Shown here: positions 30,784 through 40,157 of the stretch, piece by piece | Layout: each line of letters opens with the position of its first letter | How positions within the stretch are numbered: position 1 is the first letter of the stretch | Notes under the pieces: generated by a model | Told to the model about the DNA's origin: nothing | The model's input: the letters and a program-made list of their open reading frames with translations, nothing else | The model's database searches: none | Translations under genes and position numbers: made by a program | Assembly: GCA_964401295.1 (NCBI GenBank) | Contig: CAYNXX010000003.1 | Span: 1 to 63,927, forward strand | Source: an uncultured Candidatus Saccharibacteria bacterium | Lineage (GTDB): Bacteria; Patescibacteriota; Minisyncoccia; Minisyncoccales; CAYJUL01 | Direction of reading: 5' to 3' | DNA: 63,927 nucleotides

Positions 30784-33700
30784 TTATTCCTCTTCTTCTT
30801 TCTCCTCCTTGAGCTTTTCTTTTATTTCAATGCTAAGACCTAATGCCTTCAATTCGTTGACTAAAAGGTTGAACGACGCCGGCACGCCCGGGTATTGAAT
30901 GGGTTCGCCTTTCAAAATTGCTTCATATGCCGCTGCCCTGCCTATAACATCGTCCGATTTTATGGTCAGCATTTCCTGTAACGTATACGCCGAACCGTAG
31001 CCTTCCAACGCCCACACCTCCATTTCTCCGAACCTCTGCCCTCCGAACTGCGCCTTACCCCCCAACGGCTGCTGAGTTATCAGAGAGTACGGACCGATTG
31101 AACGCATATGAATTTTATCTTCAACCATATGCACCAATTTCATCATATATACATATCCCACAGTTATTTTTTCAGGAAAGGACAATCCGGTTCTGCCGTC
31201 GTATAATGTTATCTGGCCGGATCTTGGCAATCCAGCTTTTTGAAGCTCGTCTCTAATATCATCCTCGGTTGCTCCCGAAAGCGGCGTACTAATAGCAATA
31301 TATCCAAGTTTTTTTGCGGCCCAGCCAAGATGCGTTTCCAAAATCTGACCCAAATTCATGCGCGAAGCAACAGAAAGCGGATTTAAAATAATATCAACCG
31401 GTGTACCGTCTTCCGTAAACGGCATTTCTTCTTCCGCCAAAACTTTTGAAATGACTCCTTTGTTTCCGTGACGACCGGCGAGCTTGTCGCCCGCCTGAAT
31501 ACGCCGCGTCTGCGCGATTTCAACCCGCACTCTTTTGATGACTCCTGGCTCCAATTTGTGACCGAGTTCCCGAGAAAAAATCCTAACAGAAATCACGCGG
31601 CCGCGTTTACCGTGTTCCATCCTTAGCGAAGTATCTTTGATATCGCGCGCTTTTTCTCCGAAAATTGCCCGCATCAACCGTTCTTCAGCTGTAAGATCTG
31701 TTTCGCCTTTTGGTGAAATTTTTCCGACCAATATGTCGCCAGGACCGACTTCGGCTCCAACGCGCACAATTCCATCTTCGTCTAAATCTTTAAGTTTTTC
31801 TTCGCCAACGTTCGGAATGTCAGATGTGGTAAGTTCCGGCCCCAGTTTTGTTTCAAGGATATCACAGGTAAAATCTTCTATATGTATTGATGTGTATTTA
31901 TCGTCTTTCACCAAACGCTCGGAAATAATAATTGCGTCCTCGTAGCTTCCGCCGCGCCATGACATAAACGCAACAAAAACATTCGTTCCTAGGGCCAGCC
32001 AGCCGCGATCGGTCGCGCCGCCATCGGCCAAAACATCGCCCTTTTTAACTCGCTGACCGGGTTTTACAACTGGCTTTTGATGAAAACAAGTGTATTGATT
32101 TGTTCTTACGAATATTTTAAGTTCGTGGTTTTTTATCTTGCCGTTTTTTTCCCTGATTTTAACATGCGTGGCGTCAACATCTTCCACAACTCCATCCTCG
32201 TCGGCATAAATCGCGCGCCCGGAATCCCTCGCAACTTTTTCTTCTGTGCCAACGCATACTAGAGGCATCTCGGGTTTTGCAAGCGGCACGGCTTGACGCT
32301 GCATGTTAGACCCCATTAATGCCCTATTTGCGTCGTCATTTTGTAAAAATGGTATGCAGCTTGTTGCTATAGACAAGAATTGCTGGGGCGAAACATCCAT
32401 ATAATCAACCTCATCTCTTACCACCGTTCCAGGCTCGCCTTTGACCCTTGCCGAAACTTTATCGGGAATAATTCTGTTTTGTTTATCAACAAGCACGCCG
32501 CCGTGGGCTATATTAACTCTTTCTTCTTCATAGGCTGTAAGATATTCCAGCTCATCTGTCACTTTCCCTTTTTTAACTTTAAAATATGGGGTTTCTATGA
32601 AGCCGTAGGGATTTATTTTGGCAAATCCGGCCATGTGCCCAACCAAACCGACATTGGGACCTTCGGGAGTTTCTATGGGACAAATGCGTCCATAGTGACT
32701 CGGTTGCACGTCGCGCACTTCAAAACCGGCGCGCTCACGGGTAAGTCCTCCGGGGCCAGTGGCCGAAAGCCGGCGTTTATGCTCAAGTTCTGCCAGCGGA
32801 TTCTCGTTATCCATAAACTGCGCCAGTTGTGAAGAAGTAAAAAATTCTTTAACCGCCGCCATAAAGGGCCGCGGATTGATTATTTGCGATGCGGTTATGG
32901 TCGCTATGTCCAGCGTGGACATCCTGTCTTTTATAATCCTTTCCATACGCATCAAGCCAACGCGCAAACGATTTTGCATCAATTCATTTAATGCGCGCAC
33001 GCGTCTGTTTCCGAGGTGATCTATCTGATCCGGCTGGGCCCCGGGAGTATTGTTCAAACGGATAATTTCGCGCACGACTTCTGCGATATCTTCCAGAGTT
33101 AAAATGCGGTCCTTCACGGTTATTTCGGGTTCATCCTGTTCGCTCTCCGCGGTCTTGGCGGAAGCGGAGTTTTTTTTCTTTGTTTTGCCATCCGGATTTC
33201 CTTTTTGAAGAGATGGAAGCCTCTGCCAAGTCTTCCATCTTCCCACGCGCGAAAGATCATATCTTGAGAAATTGAAAAAAATATTATTCAAAAATTCGCG
33301 TGCGGTATCTGGCGTTACCGGATCTCCTGGCCTCAAACGATGGTATATCTCAACTACCGCCTCATCGCGATTGTGGCTGGCATCGCGCTTTAAACTCTCT
33401 TCTATATATTTGGTTTGGCCGATGTCGGTACCCTTAAAAATCTCCCGTATTTTTTCGTCGGTCTCAACGCCGAAAGAACGCAACAGAGTACTTACCGGAG
33501 CCTTACGTTTACGGTCTATTTTCACGGAAATTACTCCCGATGATTCCGTCTCAAACTCAAGCCAAGCTCCCCTATTCGGAATTATTTTCGCTCCGAAATA
33601 TTTTTTTCCGCCGATTGATGCCGCGGTAAAAAATGCGCCGGGTGAACGGATAAGCTGCGAAATCAAAACTCTTTCAACTCCGTTAACGACAAAAAACCCC

Positions 33701-34038
33701 TGATCGGTCATCAAGGGAAAATCTGCAAAAAAAACTTCCTGTTCTTTTACCTCTTTTGTTTTAAGATTGACCAGGCGCGTTTTTACGCGCAGCGAAGCCT
33801 CGTAAGAGTCGTCGTTAAGCTTGGCCCCAAGATAATCCTTGTATTTTGGCTTATCCAGTTTATAGTCCAAAAAATAGAGCTCAAGCTCTTTTCCGGTGTA
33901 ATCGCGAACCGGCGACATTTCCTGAAAAAGCTCGCGCAGATCGCGCTGCCAAAAAATTTCCCAGGAATCTTTTTGCATTTGCAAAAGATACGGAAGGGGC
34001 AAAGATATCCGCGCTTTTGAAAAAGATTTAAAATTCAT
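30784..34038 (-). CDS. rpoB: DNA-directed RNA polymerase subunit beta
   Basis: Conserved beta-subunit blocks ([31 protein letters not shown]), 1084 aa. Confidence 0.98.
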   Translation of the reverse strand: MNFKSFSKARISLPLPYLLQMQKDSWEIFWQRDLRELFQEMSPVRDYTGKELELYFLDYKLDKPKYKDYLGAKLNDDSYEASLRVKTRLVNLKTKEVKEQEVFFADFPLMTDQGFFVVNGVERVLISQLIRSPGAFFTAASIGGKKYFGAKIIPNRGAWLEFETESSGVISVKIDRKRKAPVSTLLRSFGVETDEKIREIFKGTDIGQTKYIEESLKRDASHNRDEAVVEIYHRLRPGDPVTPDTAREFLNNIFFNFSRYDLSRVGRWKTWQRLPSLQKGNPDGKTKKKNSASAKTAESEQDEPEITVKDRILTLEDIAEVVREIIRLNNTPGAQPDQIDHLGNRRVRALNELMQNRLRVGLMRMERIIKDRMSTLDIATITASQIINPRPFMAAVKEFFTSSQLAQFMDNENPLAELEHKRRLSATGPGGLTRERAGFEVRDVQPSHYGRICPIETPEGPNVGLVGHMAGFAKINPYGFIETPYFKVKKGKVTDELEYLTAYEEERVNIAHGGVLVDKQNRIIPDKVSARVKGEPGTVVRDEVDYMDVSPQQFLSIATSCIPFLQNDDANRALMGSNMQRQAVPLAKPEMPLVCVGTEEKVARDSGRAIYADEDGVVEDVDATHVKIREKNGKIKNHELKIFVRTNQYTCFHQKPVVKPGQRVKKGDVLADGGATDRGWLALGTNVFVAFMSWRGGSYEDAIIISERLVKDDKYTSIHIEDFTCDILETKLGPELTTSDIPNVGEEKLKDLDEDGIVRVGAEVGPGDILVGKISPKGETDLTAEERLMRAIFGEKARDIKDTSLRMEHGKRGRVISVRIFSRELGHKLEPGVIKRVRVEIAQTRRIQAGDKLAGRHGNKGVISKVLAEEEMPFTEDGTPVDIILNPLSVASRMNLGQILETHLGWAAKKLGYIAISTPLSGATEDDIRDELQKAGLPRSGQITLYDGRTGLSFPEKITVGYVYMMKLVHMVEDKIHMRSIGPYSLITQQPLGGKAQFGGQRFGEMEVWALEGYGSAYTLQEMLTIKSDDVIGRAAAYEAILKGEPIQYPGVPASFNLLVNELKALGLSIEIKEKLKEEKEEEE

Positions 34039-34055
34039 ATTGAAACCTTGCGAAA

Positions 34056-34123
34056 TTACGAATTAAATACGAATTTTATCTTGCATAAAAAATCACAGAA
34101 TTCGCATATTCGTATAGATTCGT
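34056..34123 (-). promoter_or_regulatory. Phased heptamer repeats forming a potential long hairpin in the rpoB 5' leader
   Basis: Plus strand: TACGAAT at 34056 and 34067; ATTCGCA at 34099; ATTCGTA at 34107 and 34117. On the mRNA strand, 2x UACGAAU can pair with 2x AUUCGUA around a U-rich loop. Confidence 0.35.
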
Positions 34124-34327
34124 ACTTCCGTAAGGCGCTCGCGAAATGAAACAAAAAGACCCTTGGAACAATTTTCCCTTAGGGTACAAGGACTTTTTTA
34201 ATTTTATAAAAAGAGGCTGTCCACTGGGAATTTAACCGCTTTATAAATCCGCTTTTGGCGGATATGGCTCTTTTACAAATTCAATTACTATTCTACACCT
34301 CCATAAATATTTGTCAAGGGCTTTGTG

Positions 34328-35677
34328 CTAGTAGCTCAATTGTCCGTAATAGAGCGATCTGTCTTTGGTCATAATCAATTGGCATTGATTGTCTGCAATT
34401 ACGCTAGAACATCCTACCCAAAACAATGAGGAACTTGTTGCCGAGGCGGTAATAACAAGAGTGCTCCCGGGATAATATCTGGCCGTGCAGTCCTGATTGC
34501 CATTGCCGCAGTTAATAGACGTATCAGGACCCGTTCCGCCCGAAGCTGTCAGCGTTGCGGCATTGTAAGGACCGACTTGGACCGCAAGCGAATAACCGGA
34601 GGGGTCAACGTCTTGCTCAAAACAATATATACCCAAGATATTATCACAGCTTTTCCTCGAGTATGCACTCCAATAGCTGTTGGTATAAGCGCTAAAGCCA
34701 TAATAAGAAGAGTCTACAGTACTGCTGCTAGTCCAGTTTCTACATGTGTAGGAAGATGAGTATAATGTGCCAGTATAGTTTGTCCCTGTCCAAATAACAG
34801 AAGTAGCCAAGTCTCCGGTTAAATAATATTTTATCGGATTAGCAAGCGTGCCATCTTTAAGGTCAGTCCAGCTTGTTGCAATACTATTTATGTAAGCAGC
34901 AGTTACGTATCCTCTGGTGTTTTGTGATCCGCAATTTGAAGAAAAGCGCGAGGAAATAGAAGTTGTGGATGCGTCTGTCATCCATGCTTTCCAATTCGCT
35001 GCTCCAAGGTTATAGTCATTTGCGAAACCCTGACAAATAGCATCAGCCTGACCCAAACGGCCGATAGCTCCATTATAAGTACCTTTGGTGGCAAAAACCT
35101 CGCAGGGCTGCGACACTGAATTGGCAAGAGCGTTGCACGATGAGCCCACACACATTGAAGTGCTAGTTCCTGTGCCTGGCTGGTAGCAGGTAGCGATTCT
35201 CCCGACCAGAGAACTTGAGGCATTGCAGTCAGTAGAAGTCGTAGTATTCATTATATTTCTTCTGAATCCGTTTTGAGGCGCGCTTGTCTGCGCGATCTGA
35301 GATAAACTCTCCGGATAACCGTCCCCGTCTACGTCAATCATCCACAAAGGCATTTTGACTATTTTTGCGCCAACCCCTTTATTAAGTATTATCGCCCCGC
35401 CCGGCGAAACGACAATCGTACCCCTTGCAATCGTCTGACTGGCTACCGTACCGACGGTAAGAGTCGCGCTGGAGGAAACAGTTAAGGTTGCGCTGTTTGT
35501 GCTGCCGGTACCGGCGTCCACCCCGTTAACAGCGGAAGAAAAACTGCAGCTTGAAAGAAGAGTTACGTTTCCCGAAATGGGCACACTGCAAGCAACAGCC
35601 TGGACTTTAGCCGCTAAAAGCAACATAAATGCGCTTAAAACGATCGGAAAAATTTGTTGGTTAATTCTATTTTTCAT
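34328..35677 (-). CDS. Secreted Cys-rich protein with an endostatin / C-type-lectin-like (DUF1554-like) domain
   Basis: Signal peptide (LLLAAKVQA). GRLGQADAICQGFANDYNLGAANWKAWMTD...WTGTN...CRNWTSSS...SCDNILGIYCFEQ matches the DUF1554/endostatin-type pattern as I recall it. Confidence 0.5.
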   Translation of the reverse strand: MKNRINQQIFPIVLSAFMLLLAAKVQAVACSVPISGNVTLLSSCSFSSAVNGVDAGTGSTNSATLTVSSSATLTVGTVASQTIARGTIVVSPGGAIILNKGVGAKIVKMPLWMIDVDGDGYPESLSQIAQTSAPQNGFRRNIMNTTTSTDCNASSSLVGRIATCYQPGTGTSTSMCVGSSCNALANSVSQPCEVFATKGTYNGAIGRLGQADAICQGFANDYNLGAANWKAWMTDASTTSISSRFSSNCGSQNTRGYVTAAYINSIATSWTDLKDGTLANPIKYYLTGDLATSVIWTGTNYTGTLYSSSYTCRNWTSSSTVDSSYYGFSAYTNSYWSAYSRKSCDNILGIYCFEQDVDPSGYSLAVQVGPYNAATLTASGGTGPDTSINCGNGNQDCTARYYPGSTLVITASATSSSLFWVGCSSVIADNQCQLIMTKDRSLYYGQLSY

Positions 35678-35686
35678 GTCTATTAA

Positions 35687-36553
35687 TCATCTTATGGCAA
35701 AATCAACTGAAGAACGATTGCCTGCCGCATCCTCGGCGGCGAAGGTAATTATAAAGTTATTGTTGTAAGCGTCGCTGACGGTCCAAGAACCCAACCAAGT
35801 GCCGTCGTTCGGACTGCCGGAAGTAAGATTAAGTGTTTTGGTGAACCATCCATTATCGGTCTGAATGGTTGCCGCTACAGATGTAACATCCGCCTGATCG
35901 TCTTTTACCGAAAGCTGAACTTCCTGTTTTCCGCCCTCAGAAGCCGGATCTATGGTGCTTGTCCAAAGCGAGTACATCTGAGGTATTGCAAGGCGCTGGC
36001 TTATGCTCCAGGTCTGCGGGCCTTGGACGAGCGCGGCTAATTGCCCCGACAAAGGTGGAGGGGTCGGGGTTGGCGTGATTGTTATCGTGGTTGTGGCGGC
36101 GGCAAAAGTCACAAGAGATGAACCCGTCCCGGCGGCTATTCCGGCGTTGTATTTTCCGTCCGGACCGCAAGAGTTAGGGCATGCCCACTGGTTCGGTGGC
36201 GTTGTCTCAAAATTGGCGTAAAGCTGGTAGGTTTTTCCGTCGCTACTTACATATATATATTCTTGCGCAGGGGAAAGCGGGTCTTTAGGCACTCTTTTCA
36301 AATACCCATCCCAGCTTCCACCCCATGGAACTCCGGCGATTTGATATTCCGGCGTTGAAAGCGGATAAGTATTGTTTTTGACATAAAATATTTCAAGGGC
36401 GAGCTGGAGCGCGGCAATGTCGCCGGAACGTTTTGCGTCACGGGCCTGAGCTTTGGGGCTCCGCAACCACACTAAACCAACCGAGGCTATAATTCCGATA
36501 ATTACAATAACGACTAATAATTCAATGATGGTAAAACCTCGTTTCATAATCAT
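35687..36553 (-). CDS. Type IV pilin / GspG-like pseudopilin with a T/P-rich linker and a C-terminal Ig-like domain
   Basis: Prepilin motif KRGFTIIELLVVIVIIGIIA, a GspG-like core (RDAKRSGDIAALQLALEIFY, VPKDP), linker AAATTTITITPTPTPPP, and a beta-rich C-terminal domain of about 110 aa. Confidence 0.8.
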   Translation of the reverse strand: MIMKRGFTIIELLVVIVIIGIIASVGLVWLRSPKAQARDAKRSGDIAALQLALEIFYVKNNTYPLSTPEYQIAGVPWGGSWDGYLKRVPKDPLSPAQEYIYVSSDGKTYQLYANFETTPPNQWACPNSCGPDGKYNAGIAAGTGSSLVTFAAATTTITITPTPTPPPLSGQLAALVQGPQTWSISQRLAIPQMYSLWTSTIDPASEGGKQEVQLSVKDDQADVTSVAATIQTDNGWFTKTLNLTSGSPNDGTWLGSWTVSDAYNNNFIITFAAEDAAGNRSSVDFAIR

Positions 36554-36562
36554 TAATAAATA

Positions 36563-36985
36563 TCATTCTACTTTCAGCGTCCCGAACATGCCCTGCTCTT
36601 TTTGGCCTGGTATTGACGAGTAAAACTTGAAAGTTCCGGATTTTGTCGGGGTGAACTCAATCATCTCAAACCGTTTGCTTAAAGGAACATTGATTCCCAA
36701 TTCGTCTACAGTAAATGTGTGCTCGCCGGTGTTATCAACGAAAATTTTCACAGGCTTGCCTTTTGGCACAGTAAACTCTTCGGGGGAAAAAGCATAATCA
36801 AGAGCCAATAAGTCATATTCCCCCGCCCCTCTTTTTATTAAAGACGAAGGCGGTTGCTGCGGTGGCATTTCTTTTGCCGGTGTTATGTTTTTAATTGCGA
36901 AAAATATATAAAACGCTCCAGCAATACCTGCCAAGCCCAGGATTAGTAAAAAATGCGCCAGCTTCGTATTTTGAATTCTGATCAT
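36563..36985 (-). CDS. Membrane-anchored cupredoxin-fold protein with a degenerate type-1 copper site
   Basis: N-terminal TM segment. The C-terminal FKFYSSIPGQKEQGMFGTLKVE aligns to the cupredoxin Y-C-x-x-x-x-H-x-x-x-G-M motif, with Cys replaced by Ser and His by Gln. Confidence 0.65.
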   Translation of the reverse strand: MIRIQNTKLAHFLLILGLAGIAGAFYIFFAIKNITPAKEMPPQQPPSSLIKRGAGEYDLLALDYAFSPEEFTVPKGKPVKIFVDNTGEHTFTVDELGINVPLSKRFEMIEFTPTKSGTFKFYSSIPGQKEQGMFGTLKVE

Positions 36986-37068
36986 TTTAGCAAGAATCCA
37001 TACGGATTCTCTCTATTTTTATTTTCTCAAATGATAAAACTCTGTCAATAGGTCAAAGAGGCCTCAGT

Positions 37069-39336
37069 TTATTGCGCGATTTTTTCCAATTTTTCTCGAC
37101 CTGTCAGGATTTGGCCAGAATAGGCTGGATACATTTCGGTTAGTTTGTCATACAGCTCCAGGCTTGCCTGCTTATTGCCCTCGCGCCATAAAACCGCAGC
37201 CACATTCTCAAAAATAAAAAGCATTTTTGTATTTTTCGCAATTATCTGTCGCTGTTCTTTCGAACCGGACGCAAAAATTTCATAGACGCCATCCGCAGCC
37301 TTCTTGCCATAGCTGGCAGCCTCTTTAAGATTGCCGGCGCGAAGATACGCGGTGGAAATTTGCATATAGATAGGCGGCAAGAGCCGATTTCTCCCTTCCA
37401 CAAGGGCCAATTCTTTAACAAACGCTTCTGAGGCGGCATTCTCATCTTGTTGGTATAGCTTTGCCGCGCCCAAAATACCATAAAATCGAGACCACTGACC
37501 ATTAAATCCCAGGGCCCTGTTTGCGATATTCTCCATTTCGCGGGCCGCATTTTGGTCCCTGAGCAAAAGAAAGCGTCGCTCCGCAATTGCCGCAAGAACT
37601 TCATAGGTCACCATTGCGCTGGTATCCGGCCTTGCAAACGATGATTCAATGAGAGGCCTAACGCTATTGTCAAGATATTGATTCTTGTAGGCTATAGTTC
37701 CCGGATCGTCCCTAAGAGGGATGATGTGCCTTGCCGAGTCTCGGGCAAAATCCGCGGCCATAAAAACATTTTCTTTTTCCGCAAGGTTTATAAGGCGCAT
37801 TTCAGCCGCAACGTCACCTTTCTGACCGGCCAAAATCGCCTGCAAAAAATTGTAATTGGCCTGGAGAGGCCGAAAAAATCCAAAAAAAGAAACAAGCGCT
37901 AGGATAAAAATCGCAAAAAACAAAAATGATTTTGCCAAAGGGGACGCAATATTTAATTCAAGGCCGGTTCCTTTTCCGCTGGACAGCTTGAATCTGGCAA
38001 AGGCAAGAATTAAAAAAAATGATAGCAAACTGCTTATGGTATCGAAGCTAAAAATATCCTGCACTAAATTCGAAAAGAAAAATGCAATAAGCAGAGCAGC
38101 TGCGAGTCCGAGCCGTTTTCTATTATAAAAAAGCTTCAGTAGCGCCAAAAAGACAATTGCAATCCAGACGAAAGCGCCGATAATGCCGGTTTCGGCCAAA
38201 AGGTTTAACGCTTTATTATGTGCATCAAAAAACAAAGAATCACTTTCAAGAAAACGATAATATCGCGAAATAAAATATTTCTGATAAAGATATGCAAATG
38301 AATATGGTCCCCATCCCAAAAATGGCTTATCTTTGAAGGCGCGAAGTGCAACGTCCCATGCGGGCAGACGATTATTCAATATTTCCGGCCTCAAATCTAG
38401 CAATCGCTTAAAAATAAAACTTTGCTGAAGATAAGCTTTGGCAAAGAGCAAAAAAATTATGCCAAGAAAAATAACAAACAAAAGGCAAGAAAAAATAAAT
38501 ATCCTCTTTTGTTTCTTCAGCCAGTTGGCCAACTCGGCGAAAGATAAAATGGCAAAAATAATAAATCCGGCCGCAAGGCCAAGCAGCGCAGCCCGGCTTG
38601 CCGAGAAAAATAAGGCAATAATAATAAGTATTGCGCTGGATGACCAGATGGCGATAAGTGGTTTATTGCGTTCCTGTCGCAAAAGATATAAAGCCAAAAA
38701 TACTATTGGCGCGAGAAATCCGGCGAAATAAACCGGATTTCCCAGCGTGCCGCCTGAACGCACTGCAACAGCGCTTTTTAATATCTCTGCCAAGCCGAAC
38801 TTCTGTAAAATGCCGGTAAACGAAACTCCTCCCGCAACCAAAACCAAAACTCCCAACAGCCATTTCCATTCTTTATCTTGACTGAATATTGAGGCGAGTA
38901 GAATAAAAAAGATTAAAAAATGAAGCTCTAAGAAGAGTCCTCCGCCAAATTCTGCCGCGCCCCAGAAGCTGCGGCTAAAATTAAATCCAAGAAATGCGGA
39001 GATGATACGGACGGCAAAAAAAAGTAAGACAAGAAATAACAGCGCATCCATCTTCGGAAGGAGCAACCGACCACGCAGCGCAAGCGCCAGCCAAAGAAAA
39101 AGAGCGACTTCGATCAGGACAATAAAATATATCCCCTTTACATATTCCGGCGAGACATATCCAAACGGCAGAATGAATATTAAAAGCGGGGTAAACAAAA
39201 TCAGAAAAAGGCAGATGTGTATGCCGCGATCCAAAATGCTTTCTTCAAAAAAGGCGATTTTGTTCATAAAAATAAACCGATTATCATTCCTCTTGTTTTG
39301 GAAAAATTTCCAGCAAGAAACTGGCGTGATATCCAA
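37069..39336 (-). CDS. O-antigen ligase family (Wzy_C) polytopic membrane protein with C-terminal TPR repeats
   Basis: About 12 TM segments, SASRAALLGL and DAHNKALNLLAETGIIG motifs, TPR-like C-terminus of about 270 aa. The likely start is the ATG at 39267, which gives an ATGA overlap with the upstream GT2 stop. Confidence 0.8.
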   Translation of the reverse strand: MDITPVSCWKFFQNKRNDNRFIFMNKIAFFEESILDRGIHICLFLILFTPLLIFILPFGYVSPEYVKGIYFIVLIEVALFLWLALALRGRLLLPKMDALLFLVLLFFAVRIISAFLGFNFSRSFWGAAEFGGGLFLELHFLIFFILLASIFSQDKEWKWLLGVLVLVAGGVSFTGILQKFGLAEILKSAVAVRSGGTLGNPVYFAGFLAPIVFLALYLLRQERNKPLIAIWSSSAILIIIALFFSASRAALLGLAAGFIIFAILSFAELANWLKKQKRIFIFSCLLFVIFLGIIFLLFAKAYLQQSFIFKRLLDLRPEILNNRLPAWDVALRAFKDKPFLGWGPYSFAYLYQKYFISRYYRFLESDSLFFDAHNKALNLLAETGIIGAFVWIAIVFLALLKLFYNRKRLGLAAALLIAFFFSNLVQDIFSFDTISSLLSFFLILAFARFKLSSGKGTGLELNIASPLAKSFLFFAIFILALVSFFGFFRPLQANYNFLQAILAGQKGDVAAEMRLINLAEKENVFMAADFARDSARHIIPLRDDPGTIAYKNQYLDNSVRPLIESSFARPDTSAMVTYEVLAAIAERRFLLLRDQNAAREMENIANRALGFNGQWSRFYGILGAAKLYQQDENAASEAFVKELALVEGRNRLLPPIYMQISTAYLRAGNLKEAASYGKKAADGVYEIFASGSKEQRQIIAKNTKMLFIFENVAAVLWREGNKQASLELYDKLTEMYPAYSGQILTGREKLEKIAQ

Positions 39337-40157
39337 CCGGCATTGGCGCGATAAAAATTAATCTGAGAAGGAAAAGATTTTTTGCAATTTCGCATAAAAA
39401 TAAGTTTTCTATTTCTGCTTTCTTTTAGGCCGGTTAGAAATGGATGCTCGCCTGAAGAATTTTTATGAAAAAATTTGGCTCTTGGATTTATGATGCAGTG
39501 ATATCCGAGCCTTTTGGCCCGCATAAAAAAATCCGTTTCTTCAAGTGGAACGTGGCCTTCGCAAAATTCAGGAAAACCGCCTATCTTAAGCGCCTTTGTC
39601 CTATTCAAAGAGCAAAAGCAGCCTAACAAATAATATCCCTTGGCGGGCCATGAAATAAAATCATCCCAAACTTGAAATCCTGCGCTGTTCACATCCCAGG
39701 CGCATTGCCCGGAAAGACCAAATATGAAGTTGAAAATTCGCTCTCCGGTCCTTTTCTTTCTTGCGCCTGGCGCTACGCCTCCTACGCCTAGCAAGCGCGG
39801 ATCTTGCCGGTTACGCTGCCATATCTCCATAAGTTCTCTTAGGGCGCCGGGATATAAAACCGCGTCATTATCAAGAAAAACCACGATCTCGTTTGAGGCT
39901 TTGCGCAAACCAATGTTTTTTGAAGTCGCCGTTCCGCGAAGTTCTTCTGTGTGATTCTTTTTATGATAGATAAGTTTGATTTCTTTTTTCTCCGCCTCGC
40001 TTCTAATTTTTTCTAAAAAGAGCTTGTCTGTCTGTGCGTCATCAATTAAAATAATTTCGTTTGGAAGGACGTCTTGCGAGAAAACCGATTCAATGCACTC
40101 TGTCAAGTCTTTCGACCGATTATATGTTGGAATTATGAGGCTGAATAAAATTTTCAT
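39264..40157 (-). CDS. Glycosyltransferase family 2
   Basis: SLIIPTYNRSKDL...IILIDDAQTD...VFLDNDAV (DxD). Confidence 0.85.
   Translation of the reverse strand: MKILFSLIIPTYNRSKDLTECIESVFSQDVLPNEIILIDDAQTDKLFLEKIRSEAEKKEIKLIYHKKNHTEELRGTATSKNIGLRKASNEIVVFLDNDAVLYPGALRELMEIWQRNRQDPRLLGVGGVAPGARKKRTGERIFNFIFGLSGQCAWDVNSAGFQVWDDFISWPAKGYYLLGCFCSLNRTKALKIGGFPEFCEGHVPLEETDFFMRAKRLGYHCIINPRAKFFHKNSSGEHPFLTGLKESRNRKLIFMRNCKKSFPSQINFYRANAGWISRQFLAGNFSKTRGMIIGLFL

Noticed and set aside
27150-34031. Many 60-150-aa antisense or off-frame ORFs within rpoC and rpoB (and similarly within groEL, uvrA, ftsK and recA)
   Set aside because: They are embedded in highly conserved full-length housekeeping genes, and their low-complexity translations have no start signals.
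34328-35677. The S/Y/T/N-rich stretch in a lectin-like C-terminal region (…YSSSYTCRNWTSSSTVDSSYYGFSAYTNSYWSAYS…) resembles a diversity-generating-retroelement variable region
   Set aside because: I found no reverse transcriptase gene and no near-duplicate template repeat anywhere in the window, and the pattern is explained by the conserved endostatin/CTLD-like motif. It is worth re-checking only if an RT lies elsewhere on the contig.
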